Shown: piece by piece, positions 20,891 to 31,491 of the stretch
Layout of the letters: the number at the start of each line of letters is the position of its first letter
Position numbering within the stretch: position 1 is the first letter of the stretch
Assembly: GCA_963714705.1 (NCBI GenBank)
Contig: CAVQPJ010000005.1
Coordinates: 192,291-256,290 of the forward strand
Reading direction: 5' to 3'
DNA: 64,000 bases
Source of the DNA: an uncultured Gammaproteobacteria bacterium
GTDB taxonomy: Bacteria; Pseudomonadota; Gammaproteobacteria; Steroidobacterales; Rariloculaceae
The notes under the pieces: model-generated
The model's input: the letters and a program-made list of their open reading frames with translations, nothing else
What the model was told of the DNA's origin: nothing
The model's database searches: none
Position numbers and translations under genes: made by a program

Positions 20891-22783
20891 GTGAAGGATG
20901 CTTCTCAACGCCCCGACGCCCGAGCGCCGCACGAGTCGACGGCGATGACGGGCAGGCTCAAAGCCTTGTCGACAGACGCGTCGATGACCGAGCCACGCGA
21001 GCAAGCTCCGGACACCCGCACGGCGCTGCTCATTTGCACGGACGGCGCGGCCGCAAAATGGGGGCCCCGATGGCTCCTTCAGAGCGGCCTCGACGCGCAT
21101 GTCTGTAGCGATCCCGAGGCCGCGCTCGCGACCGCCCGGACGATGTGCCCCGATGTGCTCATCGTCGACGCCTCGTTGCACGACCGCGGGCACCGTTCGC
21201 TGCTGATCGCACTTCGGCTCGATCCCGAGCTCGACGCGCCGATCATCGCCCTGTGCGGGAACGCTCGGGATCTCGCCGCGGCGCTCGACGCGAATGTGTT
21301 CGACGTAGTGCGCAAGCCCTACGAGTGGCGTGTAGTCGCGCTACGCGCGCTTCACGCGGTCACGATCCGCCGGCTCGAAACCGAGCTGTCCCGGGCTCGC
21401 GAGTCTTTGGCCGGCGCGCTCGGTGTCGCAGACGAAGCACGGCGGCAGCTCAGGAGCCGCGAGTCGTTCGAGCCGCTGACAGGTTTGCCGAACCGCAAGA
21501 AGTTCGGCGAGCTGCTCAAGCGCACCCTCGCCCCCGCGAGTAGCGACGGGAAGAAGCTCGCGGTATTCGTAATCGGGTTCAACCGCTTCGGACTCGTCGT
21601 CGAAGCAATGGGGCAGGAGCGCGCCGACCTCGTGCTGACCGAGATCGGCCGGACGCTCGACCAGTGTCTCGTCGACCTGAGCTCGGCTCAAGCCGAAACG
21701 GCCGGCCTCCGCACGGCTGCAGCCGCGTGCATCGACCATGCGCGTTTCGCGCTGATGCTGACGTACTCGGGCGCCGACGACGAGCTGTCGGCACTCCAGC
21801 ACCGGATCGTAGAGCGGCTCTCGCAGCCCGTGCGGATCGCGGGCCAGACGGTCTTTCTGTCTGCTTGCGTCGGCGTTGCGATCCACCCGCAAGACGCACC
21901 CGACGCCGACACCCTGATGCAGCGGGCCGACAATGCCATGCGCGACGCGCAAAGCCGCGGCGGCGGGTTCCGTTTCTACAGCGCCGCGACCGATGCCGCC
22001 GCCGCGCGCAAGCTCAAGCTCGAGCACATGCTGCACGAGGCACTCGAGACGGGCGCGCTCACGCTCGCCTATCAACCGATTGTCGACACCGCGCGGCGGC
22101 GGACGACGAGCGCCGAGGTGCTCCTGCGCTGGCCCCAGGCCGATGGCGCGTCGATCGCGCCGGCGGAGTTCGTGCCGATCGCGGAGGAATCCGGGCTCAT
22201 GGACCGCATCGGCGAACACGTGCTCGAGCATGCGTGCCGGCAACTCGCATCGTCGCGTGCCGCCGGGCACAGTCTCTCGCGCATCTGCGTCAATGTGTCG
22301 CGAGCGCAGCTCATGGGCCCGAACCTCGCGGCCGCCGTTGCGCGGTGCCTGCACGAGCATGGGCTCGACCCGGCCTCGCTCGAGCTCGAGCTCAGCGAAC
22401 GCGGCGTGCTGTGCGGCGACCAGGACGTCATCCGCCAGCTCGAAGGGCTCAAGCGTCTCGGCGTCAGGCTGTCGCTCGACGATTTCGGCACCGGCGAGTC
22501 CGCGATCATCTATCTGCGCGAGCTCCCGATCGACGTCATCAAGATCGACCAGTCCTATGTCCAAGCCGTCAACGACAACGGCCGGGATGCCGCGATCGTC
22601 TCGGCGATCGTCGCGCTCGGCCGGCAAATGGGCCTCAAAGTCGTGGCCGAGGGCGTCGAAACAGCGGACCAGCTCGCGACGATCGAGCGGCTCGGCTGCG
22701 ACGAATATCAAGGCTTCCTCGTCTCGCAGCCGCTCGGGTCGCAGGACTTCGCGGCATTCCTCGATCGCGAGCAGGGGCGCTGA
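20891..22783 (+). CDS. REC-GGDEF(degenerate)-EAL protein
   Basis: REC domain (PDVLIVD...VVRKP), PLTGLPNR, DHARF at the GGDEF position, EVLLRW, DDFGTG, KID, AEGVET. 4 nt from the upstream gene. Confidence 0.9.
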   Translation: MKDASQRPDARAPHESTAMTGRLKALSTDASMTEPREQAPDTRTALLICTDGAAAKWGPRWLLQSGLDAHVCSDPEAALATARTMCPDVLIVDASLHDRGHRSLLIALRLDPELDAPIIALCGNARDLAAALDANVFDVVRKPYEWRVVALRALHAVTIRRLETELSRARESLAGALGVADEARRQLRSRESFEPLTGLPNRKKFGELLKRTLAPASSDGKKLAVFVIGFNRFGLVVEAMGQERADLVLTEIGRTLDQCLVDLSSAQAETAGLRTAAAACIDHARFALMLTYSGADDELSALQHRIVERLSQPVRIAGQTVFLSACVGVAIHPQDAPDADTLMQRADNAMRDAQSRGGGFRFYSAATDAAAARKLKLEHMLHEALETGALTLAYQPIVDTARRRTTSAEVLLRWPQADGASIAPAEFVPIAEESGLMDRIGEHVLEHACRQLASSRAAGHSLSRICVNVSRAQLMGPNLAAAVARCLHEHGLDPASLELELSERGVLCGDQDVIRQLEGLKRLGVRLSLDDFGTGESAIIYLRELPIDVIKIDQSYVQAVNDNGRDAAIVSAIVALGRQMGLKVVAEGVETADQLATIERLGCDEYQGFLVSQPLGSQDFAAFLDREQGR

Positions 22784-22841
22784 ACCCCTTCTTGACCGGC
22801 CCTCCTGATACCTAGACAGCCCGATTTGACCGGGCCCGTTA

Positions 22842-22857
22842 TTTGAACTCCGTCACA
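22842..22857. promoter_or_regulatory. CRP/Clp-like binding box upstream of the diguanylate cyclase
   Basis: TTTGA-ACTCCG-TCACA, 9/10 match to TGTGA-N6-TCACA, about 115 nt upstream of ATG 22972. Confidence 0.55.
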
Positions 22858-22971
22858 GTTCTCCGCTGAGCCGCCCGGCGGTCGGGCAGCGCGCAGAGTG
22901 CTCGTTCCCCGTAGTTTGTGCCCCGTGGATCTTCAGGCCTCGACGGCCGCTAAGAGACCAGGGACGGGCGT

Positions 22972-25900
22972 ATGACTACCACTGAACGCAAACGAGCTCC
23001 CACCGCTTCACGCGGTCTCGGCCGCGTGCTCATGGCCTGGGCCGCGCTGGCCGGCTCCCCAATGCTCATGCTCGCGCACGGCGCCGCCGCGCAAGACCAT
23101 CATCCGATGCGCTTCGGTCGTCTCGAGATCGAGGACGGGTTGTCGCAGAGCCACGTGCTCGCGATCTGGCAGGACTCGACCGGGCACATGTGGTTCGGCA
23201 CGGAGAACGGTCTCGACAGCTACGACGGTTATGAGTTTCGCCACTACCGCCACGAGCGCGGCAACGCCGAGACGCTTGGCAGCGACTACATCTACGACAT
23301 CGCCGAGGACGCCGACGGCAATCTTTGGATAGCGACGAACGGCGGCGGTCTCGCGCGCGTGGAACGCGGAACGCAGCGCATCCGTTCTTACCGCCACGAT
23401 CCCGCGGACGGCGACAGCATCGGCAGCGACATCGTCCGGAGCTTGGTTCTGGATGCGGACGGCACGATCTGGGCCGGAACGCGCGGCGCGGGGCTCGACC
23501 ACTTCGATCCGAAGACCGGCCGCGCCTCGCACTTCCGTTTCGACGGCACCGGCGAAACCGCCAACGAAATTCACGTGTTGTACGAGGACTCGGCCGGGCT
23601 GCTCTGGATCGGCAGCGACCACGGCCTGACTCGCTTCTCGAGAGAGACGGGCGAAGCCACCAACTTCTCGCACGACGCCAACGATCCCGCATCGCTCAGC
23701 GACGCGCGCGTCAGGTCCATCTTCGAAGACAGTCGCGGGCGTATTTGGGTCGGCACGTACGGCGGCGGCCTCAACCGGTTCGATCGGGAGCGCGGCACGT
23801 TCGAGCGTTTCCGGAACGATCCTTCAGTCGCCTCGTCGCTCGCGAGCGATCGAGTCACGGCGATTTTCGAGGACCAGGACGGCCGGCTCTGGGTCGGCAC
23901 GACCGCCGGCCTGAACCTGTTCGACGAGTCGAACCGCAATTTCGCGCGCTATAGCCACGACGCCGCCGACGCCACGAGCCTCGGCGACGACTCCGTGACG
24001 GCGCTTTTCCAGGACCGCGGCGGCCTGCTCTGGGTTGGCACGCAGAACCGCGGCGTCAGCAAGTGGAACCCGCGCACGTGGGCCTATGGGCTCGATGACG
24101 CGCGCGAGCTCGCCGCCGACCGGGCTACCGCGCCGAACGTGACCTCGTTCCTCGAGGACGGCGCCGGGACACTCTGGGTTGGCACGTTCGGCGACGGCTT
24201 GAGCGCGCTCGACCGCGCGGCGGGCACGACGCGCGTCTTCCGCCACGATCCGCAGGACGCGGCAACTTTGAGCGACGACCGCGTCATGAGCTTGCTCGAG
24301 GACGACCTGGGTCGCGTCTGGGTCGGCACGATGACGGGCGGCATCAACGTCATCGATCCGTCGACCGGCGCGATCGAACACCTGCGCCACGACCCGAACA
24401 ATGCGTCCAGCGTCGGTGGCGACGGCATCATGGCGATGCTCGAGGACAGCAATGGCTTCGTCTGGGTCGGCACGTTCGGCGCCGGCGTCAGCCGCTTCGA
24501 TCCGCGCACCGGCGCGTTTCGCCGCTTCGCCGCAAACGACTCCGGCCGCGGCCCGAGCAGCGACCGCGTGACGAGCTTCGCCGAGGACGTGACGGGCCGC
24601 ATCTGGATCGGCACCGACGGCGGCGGCCTCAATCTGCTCGACCCGCGGACCGAGCAGTTCCACTATCTGCGGCACGACCCGGCCGACGCGGATACGCTCG
24701 CGGCCGACACCGTCTACGCGATCAACATCGATCCGACCGGCACGGTTTGGGTGGGCACGCGCGGCGGCGGACTCGACCGCGTCGTCGGCGGCGCTCTGGA
24801 TCCCGAGCGCATCCGCTTCGAGAATCTCTCGGAGGCCGACGGTCTCCCCAACGACGTCGTCTACGGCGTGGAATTCGACAACACGGGCCGCCTGTGGCTC
24901 AGCACGAACTTTGGGCTAGGCCGCTTCAACCCGCTCGACGGCTCGATCCGCAAGCTGCATCGCACGGACGGGCTGCAATCCGAAGAGTTCAACTTCGGCG
25001 CGCACTACCGCAGCCCGAGCGGCGAGCTCTTCTTCGGCGGGCACAACGGCTTCAACGCGTTTCGACCGGAGGCCCTCAAGCCGAGCGACGCGATTCCCGC
25101 GATCGCGCTTGCGGGTTACCTCGGCTCGCGCGAGCGCCTGCGGGGCGACGACGGGTCGTTCGACCTTTCGTCCGGCCTCGGCCTGTCGTACCGCGACGAT
25201 GTCGTGAGCTTCGAGGTCGCCGCGCTCGATTACGCGGCACCGCAGCACAACCGCTACATGTACAAGCTCGAGGGCCTCGACCGCGACTGGAACGACCTCG
25301 GCACCAACCGGCACATCGCGTTCACGGACCTCGATCACGGTAGCTACGTGCTGCGCGTGAAGGCTGCGAGCAGCGACGGCGTTTGGAACGACGCCGGAAT
25401 CGCGCTACCGGTGCGCGTTGCGCCGGCGCCGTGGGAGACGTGGTGGGCGTACCTCGGCTATGTCGCCACGGCGGTCTTCATCGCAACTGCGCTGTACTTC
25501 GGTCATCGCCGCAAGATCCAACGCGAAGAGGAATACAGCCAGCGGCTCGAGATCGAGGTCCGTCAGCGCACGGAGAAGCTCATCGAGACCAATGACAGGC
25601 TCCATGAAGCCAATCGCGCGCTGCAAGAAAGCAGCTTGAGCGACCCGCTGACGGGACTCCGAAACCGCCGTTTCGTCCTCGAGGAAGTCTCGCGCGACCT
25701 CGACGTCATTCGGCGGCGGCTCGAGGACGAGGCCGGCGGCGTCGATCCGCGCAACGTCGCCGCGCTCACGTTCATGATGATCGACCTCGACCACTTCAAG
25801 CCGATCAACGACACCTACGGTCACGCGGCCGGCGACCGCATGCTGCTCGAGGTCCGCGACGTGTTGCTGAAGACGTGCCGTCGATCGGACTTCGTGATTC

Positions 25901-26382
25901 GCTGGGGTGGCGACGAGTTCGTCGTCATCGCGAAGCAGGCCAAGCCCGGCGAATCCGAGGCGCTCGCCGAGCGTATTCGCCGTGACATCGCCAATCACCA
26001 GTTCAAGGTCGGCGACGGCCAGATCGTGCGCACCACGTGCTCGATCGGCTTCGCGGCTTACCCGCTGTTCAAATCGCGGTCCGACGAAACGAACCTCGAC
26101 CAAATCATCAATCTCGCTGACAACCTCATGTACGAGTCGAAGAAAAAGCGCAACGCGTGGGCGGGCATGCTGAGCCCCTCGTCCGTCGCGACGAGCGCAA
26201 ACATCGACATCGATTCGCTCGACCCGACCTCGGTGCTGTTCCGCGCCCACCGCGCGGGTGCGGCCAAGCGCAGGACCGATGAGGCCGAAGAGAGCACGAA
26301 GGCCGCGGTGCGGGAAATGAAGCCTGTGCGCGCGGTCACGGTCGAAGATGTGGCGAGTGTTCTGCAAGCGAGAGTTGGGTAA
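22972..26382 (+). CDS. Periplasmic beta-propeller (Reg_prop) + Y_Y_Y + TM + diguanylate cyclase
   Basis: Signal peptide, many D-x-x-G-x-[LI]-W-[VI]-G-T repeats, YMYKLEG (YYY), TM after PWETWWAY, DPLTGLRNRR, DLDHFK, RRSD I-site, intact RWGGDEF. Confidence 0.95.
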   Translation: MTTTERKRAPTASRGLGRVLMAWAALAGSPMLMLAHGAAAQDHHPMRFGRLEIEDGLSQSHVLAIWQDSTGHMWFGTENGLDSYDGYEFRHYRHERGNAETLGSDYIYDIAEDADGNLWIATNGGGLARVERGTQRIRSYRHDPADGDSIGSDIVRSLVLDADGTIWAGTRGAGLDHFDPKTGRASHFRFDGTGETANEIHVLYEDSAGLLWIGSDHGLTRFSRETGEATNFSHDANDPASLSDARVRSIFEDSRGRIWVGTYGGGLNRFDRERGTFERFRNDPSVASSLASDRVTAIFEDQDGRLWVGTTAGLNLFDESNRNFARYSHDAADATSLGDDSVTALFQDRGGLLWVGTQNRGVSKWNPRTWAYGLDDARELAADRATAPNVTSFLEDGAGTLWVGTFGDGLSALDRAAGTTRVFRHDPQDAATLSDDRVMSLLEDDLGRVWVGTMTGGINVIDPSTGAIEHLRHDPNNASSVGGDGIMAMLEDSNGFVWVGTFGAGVSRFDPRTGAFRRFAANDSGRGPSSDRVTSFAEDVTGRIWIGTDGGGLNLLDPRTEQFHYLRHDPADADTLAADTVYAINIDPTGTVWVGTRGGGLDRVVGGALDPERIRFENLSEADGLPNDVVYGVEFDNTGRLWLSTNFGLGRFNPLDGSIRKLHRTDGLQSEEFNFGAHYRSPSGELFFGGHNGFNAFRPEALKPSDAIPAIALAGYLGSRERLRGDDGSFDLSSGLGLSYRDDVVSFEVAALDYAAPQHNRYMYKLEGLDRDWNDLGTNRHIAFTDLDHGSYVLRVKAASSDGVWNDAGIALPVRVAPAPWETWWAYLGYVATAVFIATALYFGHRRKIQREEEYSQRLEIEVRQRTEKLIETNDRLHEANRALQESSLSDPLTGLRNRRFVLEEVSRDLDVIRRRLEDEAGGVDPRNVAALTFMMIDLDHFKPINDTYGHAAGDRMLLEVRDVLLKTCRRSDFVIRWGGDEFVVIAKQAKPGESEALAERIRRDIANHQFKVGDGQIVRTTCSIGFAAYPLFKSRSDETNLDQIINLADNLMYESKKKRNAWAGMLSPSSVATSANIDIDSLDPTSVLFRAHRAGAAKRRTDEAEESTKAAVREMKPVRAVTVEDVASVLQARVG

Positions 26383-26386
26383 TTTC

Positions 26387-28325
26387 ATGAAAAGAACTAC
26401 ACCTTTGTTCCTGGCGGCCGTCGCGCTGACGGGCGTGGCCGGGTTCATCGCACTCAACTCCGCAACGCGCTCGGGCGGCGCGGCAGCGCGCGGCGGGGCA
26501 ACGGTTGCCGTCGGCGCCGAGGCGCCGCTCGCCACAGGCACAACCACCGTCGGCGGCGCGCGCGCGCGCGCGACCGAAACCGCGGGCGACGTACCGAATC
26601 GCGGCGCCGAGGTCGCGGCGTCCGTTCCCGAGTCGAATGCAGCTACAGCTACAGCTCCGGAATCCACGTCGCGCGCGCCGAGCGTCGCCGCAAGACGCAG
26701 CGCGGCGCCCGCCGCGCGTGCAGTCCCCGCGGCGGCCGAAGCGAAGATGAGCGCAGCCGTCGTCGCGTTCGCCGCGGCCGGCGGGTCGGAGCCCGTCGAG
26801 CTCATCGTGCGCTACGACGAGCACCCGGAGCTCTTCGACGACCAACGCATCGCGGCGCTCGGCGGCACGGTTGCACGTGTCTACAACGTGCTCGACATGC
26901 GTGCGATCCGCCTTCCCGCCGAGACGCTCATCGAGCTCGCGCTCGAGGACAACGTCGACCGCCTCTCGCTCGACGAGGGAGTCAGCGCCTCGTTCGTCGC
27001 GGCGCGCGCGACCGCGAATCTGCCGGTGGCCACGTCGGCGAACGCCGCGTTCCACGGTGCGGGCGTCGGCATCGCCGTGCTCGACTCGGGCATCGCGCCC
27101 CACGCCGACTTGCCGGGCCAGGTGCGGCAATACAACTTCCTCCACGGCAACGTGCCGTATCCCACCGTCGTCGACGGCGAGATCACGGCTTACAACGACG
27201 AGCCGCGATCGGACTTGTACGGGCACGGCACGCACGTCGCCGCGATCATCGCCGGCCAAGGAGCCGCTTCGAACGGTGAGTATCGTGGCGCGGCGAACGG
27301 CGTCTCGCTGCTGTCGCTGCGCGTGCTCGACGAGCATGGCAACGGCCAGATGTCCGACGTCATGGCGGCACTCGACTGGCTGCTCGTCTACGGCGATTAC
27401 TTCGACGTGCGCGTCGCGAACCTCTCGCTCGGAAAGCCGATCTCCGAGTCGAACACCACGGATCCGCTCGTGGCTGCCGTCGAGGCGCTGTGGGACAGCG
27501 GCGTCGTCACCGTCATCGCTGCCGGCAACCTCGGCGCCCGCGGCAACGGGACGGTCAAGAGCCCCGGCAACTCGCGCAAGGTCATCACGGTCGGCTCGCT
27601 GACCGACTGGAATACGGCCGACTTCGCGGATGACATCGTCTCGTCGTTCTCGTCGCGCGGGCCGACGGCCGGCGACTTGGTGCTGAAGCCCGACCTCGTG
27701 GCGCCCGGCAACCGCATCGTGTCAGCCATCCCGACGGGCTCGCAGCTCGTCGCGGAGCTCCCGACTCGGCTCGTCGCGTGCACGAGCCTGCCCTGCAACA
27801 CTCACTATCTCTCGATGTCGGGCACGAGCATGGCCACGCCGCTGGTCGCGGCAACGGCCGCGCTCATGCTCGACAAGGACCCATCGCTGAGCCCGGCGAC
27901 CGTCAAGGCGCGGCTCATGCAATCCGCGCGCAAGATCGCGGTGAACGCCGCGACCGCCGGCGCCGGCGTGCTCGACGTCGACGCGGCGCTCGGCGCGACG
28001 GGCACCGTCGCGGGCGAGGCCCTCTCGCCGCTGCTGACGATAAGCGACACGGGCCGAATCGCGATCGAGAACACGGCCACGTTGTGGGGCAGCGACCTGT
28101 GGGCCGCAGGCTACGTGTGGGCCGACGGCTACCTCTGGGCCGACGGCTCGGGCTCGGTTGCGGCGGATGGGTATCTTTGGGCCGACGGTTACCTCTGGGC
28201 GCGACGGTTACCTCTGGGCCGACGGTTACCTCTGGGCCGACGGTTACCTCTGGGCCGACGGTTACCTCTGGGCCGACGGTTACTTGTGGGCCGACTCGGT
28301 CGGGGCTCTCCGCGACGACGAGTGA
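26387..28325 (+). CDS. Secreted S8 (subtilisin/AprX-like) serine peptidase with a Trp-repeat C-terminal tail
   Basis: Triad motifs AVLDSGI, GHGTHVA, SGTSMATP and oxyanion AAGN. Removing one extra G at 28201 gives ...(GYLWAD)n-SVGALRDDE* ending at 28325; the uncorrected ORF ends at 28342. Confidence 0.93.
28109..28295 (+). repeat. Coding 18-bp tandem repeat GGTTACCTCTGGGCCGAC (GY[LV]WAD x9)
   Basis: Two units, a GSGSVAAD spacer, then seven units. Synonymous variants (ggc/ggg/ggt, tat/tac, ctt/ctc/ttg) occur in the outer units. Confidence 0.92.
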
Positions 28326-28423
28326 ACGGCTACCTCCGGTGATCCGCGCACGACGCGCGGATCACCCTCACGCTGCGCGGTCGCGACTATCCCTCCTCCC
28401 CCGCACGCGGATACCCCGGTCGC

Positions 28424-28479
28424 GCGATTGACAAGCTGCCTGTCAAACCAGGCAACTCGACAACCGACTTGTCAATCGC
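28424..28479. promoter_or_regulatory. Tandem palindromic operator-like site
   Basis: TTGACA-N7-TGTCAA (28428-28446) and TCGACA-N7-TGTCAA (28457-28475), framed by a perfect 12-bp inverted repeat GCGATTGACAAG / CTTGTCAATCGC. Confidence 0.65.
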
Positions 28480-28594
28480 CGGAAGGCATCCCTCGTACAA
28501 CCAGCCTCGCCGGGGCTTGCGAGCATTCACGCCACGCGCGGGACGAAGTTGCCGCTAAACTGTGGCGCAGAAGCACGCGTTTCGGGGGAATCTC

Positions 28595-30319
28595 ATGGGC
28601 ATCCGCACGGTCATTCGTCGCTCCGGGCTCGGCGCCCTGTCGGCCGCCGCGCTCGCTACTTGCTGCGTACCGATCTCCGCGAACGCACAACCATCCGCGG
28701 CGTTAGCCGGCCGCGTGACGTCGGCCGCCGAAGGTGCAATGGAAGGCGTGCTCGTCAGCGCGCAAGCGCGAAGGCTCCAGCAAGACGGTCACCGTCGTGA
28801 GCCACGCCGACGGCCGCTACTCGTTCCCGAGCGGCCGGCTCGAGCCCGGCCGCTACGCCGTCTCCGTCCGCGCCGTGAAGTACGTGCTCGCGAACCGCGA
28901 CCAGCAGCGTCGAGATCGCGGCTGGCAAGGCGGTGCAACTCGATCTCGCGCTAAACGAGTCGAACCCGCTCGAGCTCGCGTTGCAGATGACGGATCCCGA
29001 ATGGTTCGCGAGCTATCCGCTCGACGACCGCACCAAGTGGGAACTCTTCCGCGACTGCAGCCGCTGCCACACGCTGCGCCGGCCGTCGATGTCGACCTAC
29101 GACTCCGAGGAGCTCGCCTACGTCATGCAGCGCATGGTCTATTCGGCGGGTAGCTCGCCGATGCGTTACCAGCTTCCCGCCGGCGCGACGCCGCATTGGG
29201 GCCGCGCCGAAGGCGGCGAGCCGTCGGCGCTGCAACGCCGTCAGGCCGAGGCCGTCGCGTCGATCAACCTGCACAACGGCATGTGGAGCTACGAGCTGAA
29301 GACCGTGCCGCGGCCCAAGGGCAAAGAGACCGAGGTCGTCTACACGACCTGGGATCTGCCGGCGACGGCCCGGCCGCACGACACGCGCATCGCGGCCGAC
29401 GGCACGATCTTCTTCAACCACTTCAACGACAACGCGATCGGCCGGCTCGACCCGAAAACCGGCGACGTCAAGGAGTGGCGCTGGCCGTACCGCGCCGAGG
29501 TAGGCTCGTTCCAGCCGACGGGCGCGCGCACGTTGATGGGCCCCGACGAGCAAGGCCGCTGGTACATCGGCAATCAGGCGCAGAGCGGCGTCGTCGTGTT
29601 CGATCCGAAGACCGAGCAATTCGAGTTCCACGATCCGCCCGGCGGCGGCGAGATGATCGACGTCTCGGGCGCACACGTCGACGGCAACGCGTGGCGCGCC
29701 GTCGCGGGCCCCGTCGCGGGCGGCGGCGTCTATCAGATCGACCTCGACGACGTGGGAGCACGACGAGATCAAGGGCACGAACGAGAAGCCGCTCTACGCG
29801 TACGACATCGCGGCCGACTCGCGCAACAACGTCTACGGCAGCGCGCGCAACGCGCCGTACGTCTGGCGCATCGACGCGAAGACGCACGAGATTCAGTACT
29901 TCGACATTCCGGCCGAGCCGCGCGGTGCCGGCTCGTTCGGCACGGGCATGCGGCGCGGCATCACGGACTCGCAGGATCGGCTCTGGTGGGGCGGCTACGA
30001 CGGCGGCTTCATCGGCCTGCTCGACCTGCGCAAGCCCGCGGGCCAGCAAATGAAGCTCTACGCCGTGCCGTTCCCGTATTTCTTCCCGTACGACGCGCAC
30101 TACGACGAGCAGGGCTACACGTGGACCGGCGGCATCTACGCCGATCGCGTCGCGCGCATGAACGTCGAGACCGGCGAGTGGAATTTCTATCTGTTGCCGT
30201 TCGAAGCGAACATCCGCGACATCAACCTGCAGCCCGCCGCGCGCAACGGCTTGTCGGGGCTCTGGATCGGACACACGCATCAAGCGATGATCACGCTCGT
30301 CGAGCCGCTCGCGCGCTGA
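28595..30319 (+). CDS. Carboxypeptidase-regulatory-like domain + CxxCH + Vgb-like beta-propeller protein (frameshifted)
   Basis: Signal peptide, GRVTS...MEGVLVSA...TVVSHADGRYSFP, CSRCH, then RPHD and IGRLDPKTG propeller repeats. Confidence 0.8.
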
Positions 30320-30729
30320 CCATGCCCCGCATAGCCGTCGCGCGGTTGCGCATCAGCGACACGCGCACGCTCTGCGCGCGTGCGTTTTGAACCTCTCGCT
30401 ACCGATGCCGGGACTCACCGGCCGAAAACCTAGTGCGAGAAAGCAACATGCGCGCGGCCAAACTTTGGCGCGCGGTGACGCGATCTCTTCTGTCGATGTG
30501 TCCGTCGCTCCGCTTGAAGACCGTGCGCGCCGGCGATCGCAAGCGCGATCCCCTAACGTTGTCTGACCGCAACACCACGCGGCGGGCGTTATGACACACG
30601 CTCTGTTGGCGCTATTTGCGCGCGCGATTCCCTCAGCCGCGCCAAACAAGAATACAGATTCTGAATCCCTGATCAAGAGCCAAATGGGACTGGCCACGCC
30701 ATTGTTTTTTTGCCAAGGTGTCGGGACCG

Positions 30730-31459
30730 ATGAAGAAAGACTCTCGACGGATTGCGCTGAGCACGGTTCCGGCCACGAGCCCGGAGCTTCGGATTCGCCA
30801 AAAGCGCGGCCAAGTGACCTTCGACGCGTTGATCGATACGGCGTTCACGCTGCTCGGCGAAAAGGACTTCGACGAAATCTCGGTCGCCGAGCTCGCGCAG
30901 AAAGCCGGCTACTCGGTCGGCGCGTTCTACGCGCGATTTCGGAGCAAGGACGAGCTGTTCGACGCGATGGTCGCTGCAACACGTGCAGAACCGCCGCAAG
31001 ATGCGCCAGCGCCAGTTCGCGACGACGAACGACGCGACGCTGTTGCACGACCTCCTCGACGAGACCGTCCGCTACTACTGGGGCCGACGCCGTTTTTGGC
31101 GCGCGGCGTTGATTCGCAGCATTCGCGAGCCCGAGTTCTGGGCGCCGATGCGCAAGCTGAGCCACGAGTTCGCGGACGCCCTGCTGGCGCGTATTCGTGC
31201 GCGTGCCGGCCGCACTTTGACGAAGACCGAGGAAGCAAACGCTCGCTTCGCCGTTCAGCTCGCCTTCGGCCTCATCAACAACACGATCTTGAACCGCCCC
31301 GGCCCGTTCTTCCTCGAGCAGGACCTGTTCATCGACAACCTCGTGCGAGCGTTCAAGCTCGTGTCGGGCTACGATGAGCTTGGTGCTGGGCCCGCCGCTC
31401 GCGGCGCCAAGCGCCCGAAAGCCGGCACGCGCAGCCGGCCGAAACGAAGCCGCGGCTGA
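30730..31459 (+). CDS. TetR/AcrR family regulator (frameshifted)
   Basis: RQKRG...ISVAELAQKAGYSVGAFYARFRSKDEL. Confidence 0.92.
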
Positions 31460-31491
31460 GCGCTGCGGACCGGAACCGGGGGGAGGGTCCG

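Noticed and set aside
28109-28295. Tandem repeat as a CRISPR array
   Set aside because: The 18-bp units are contiguous with no unique spacers, are in frame in a CDS, and no cas genes are present.
28595-30319. Streptogramin lyase (vgb) resistance gene
   Set aside because: The similarity is at fold level only; the signal peptide, extra domain and CxxCH argue for another function.
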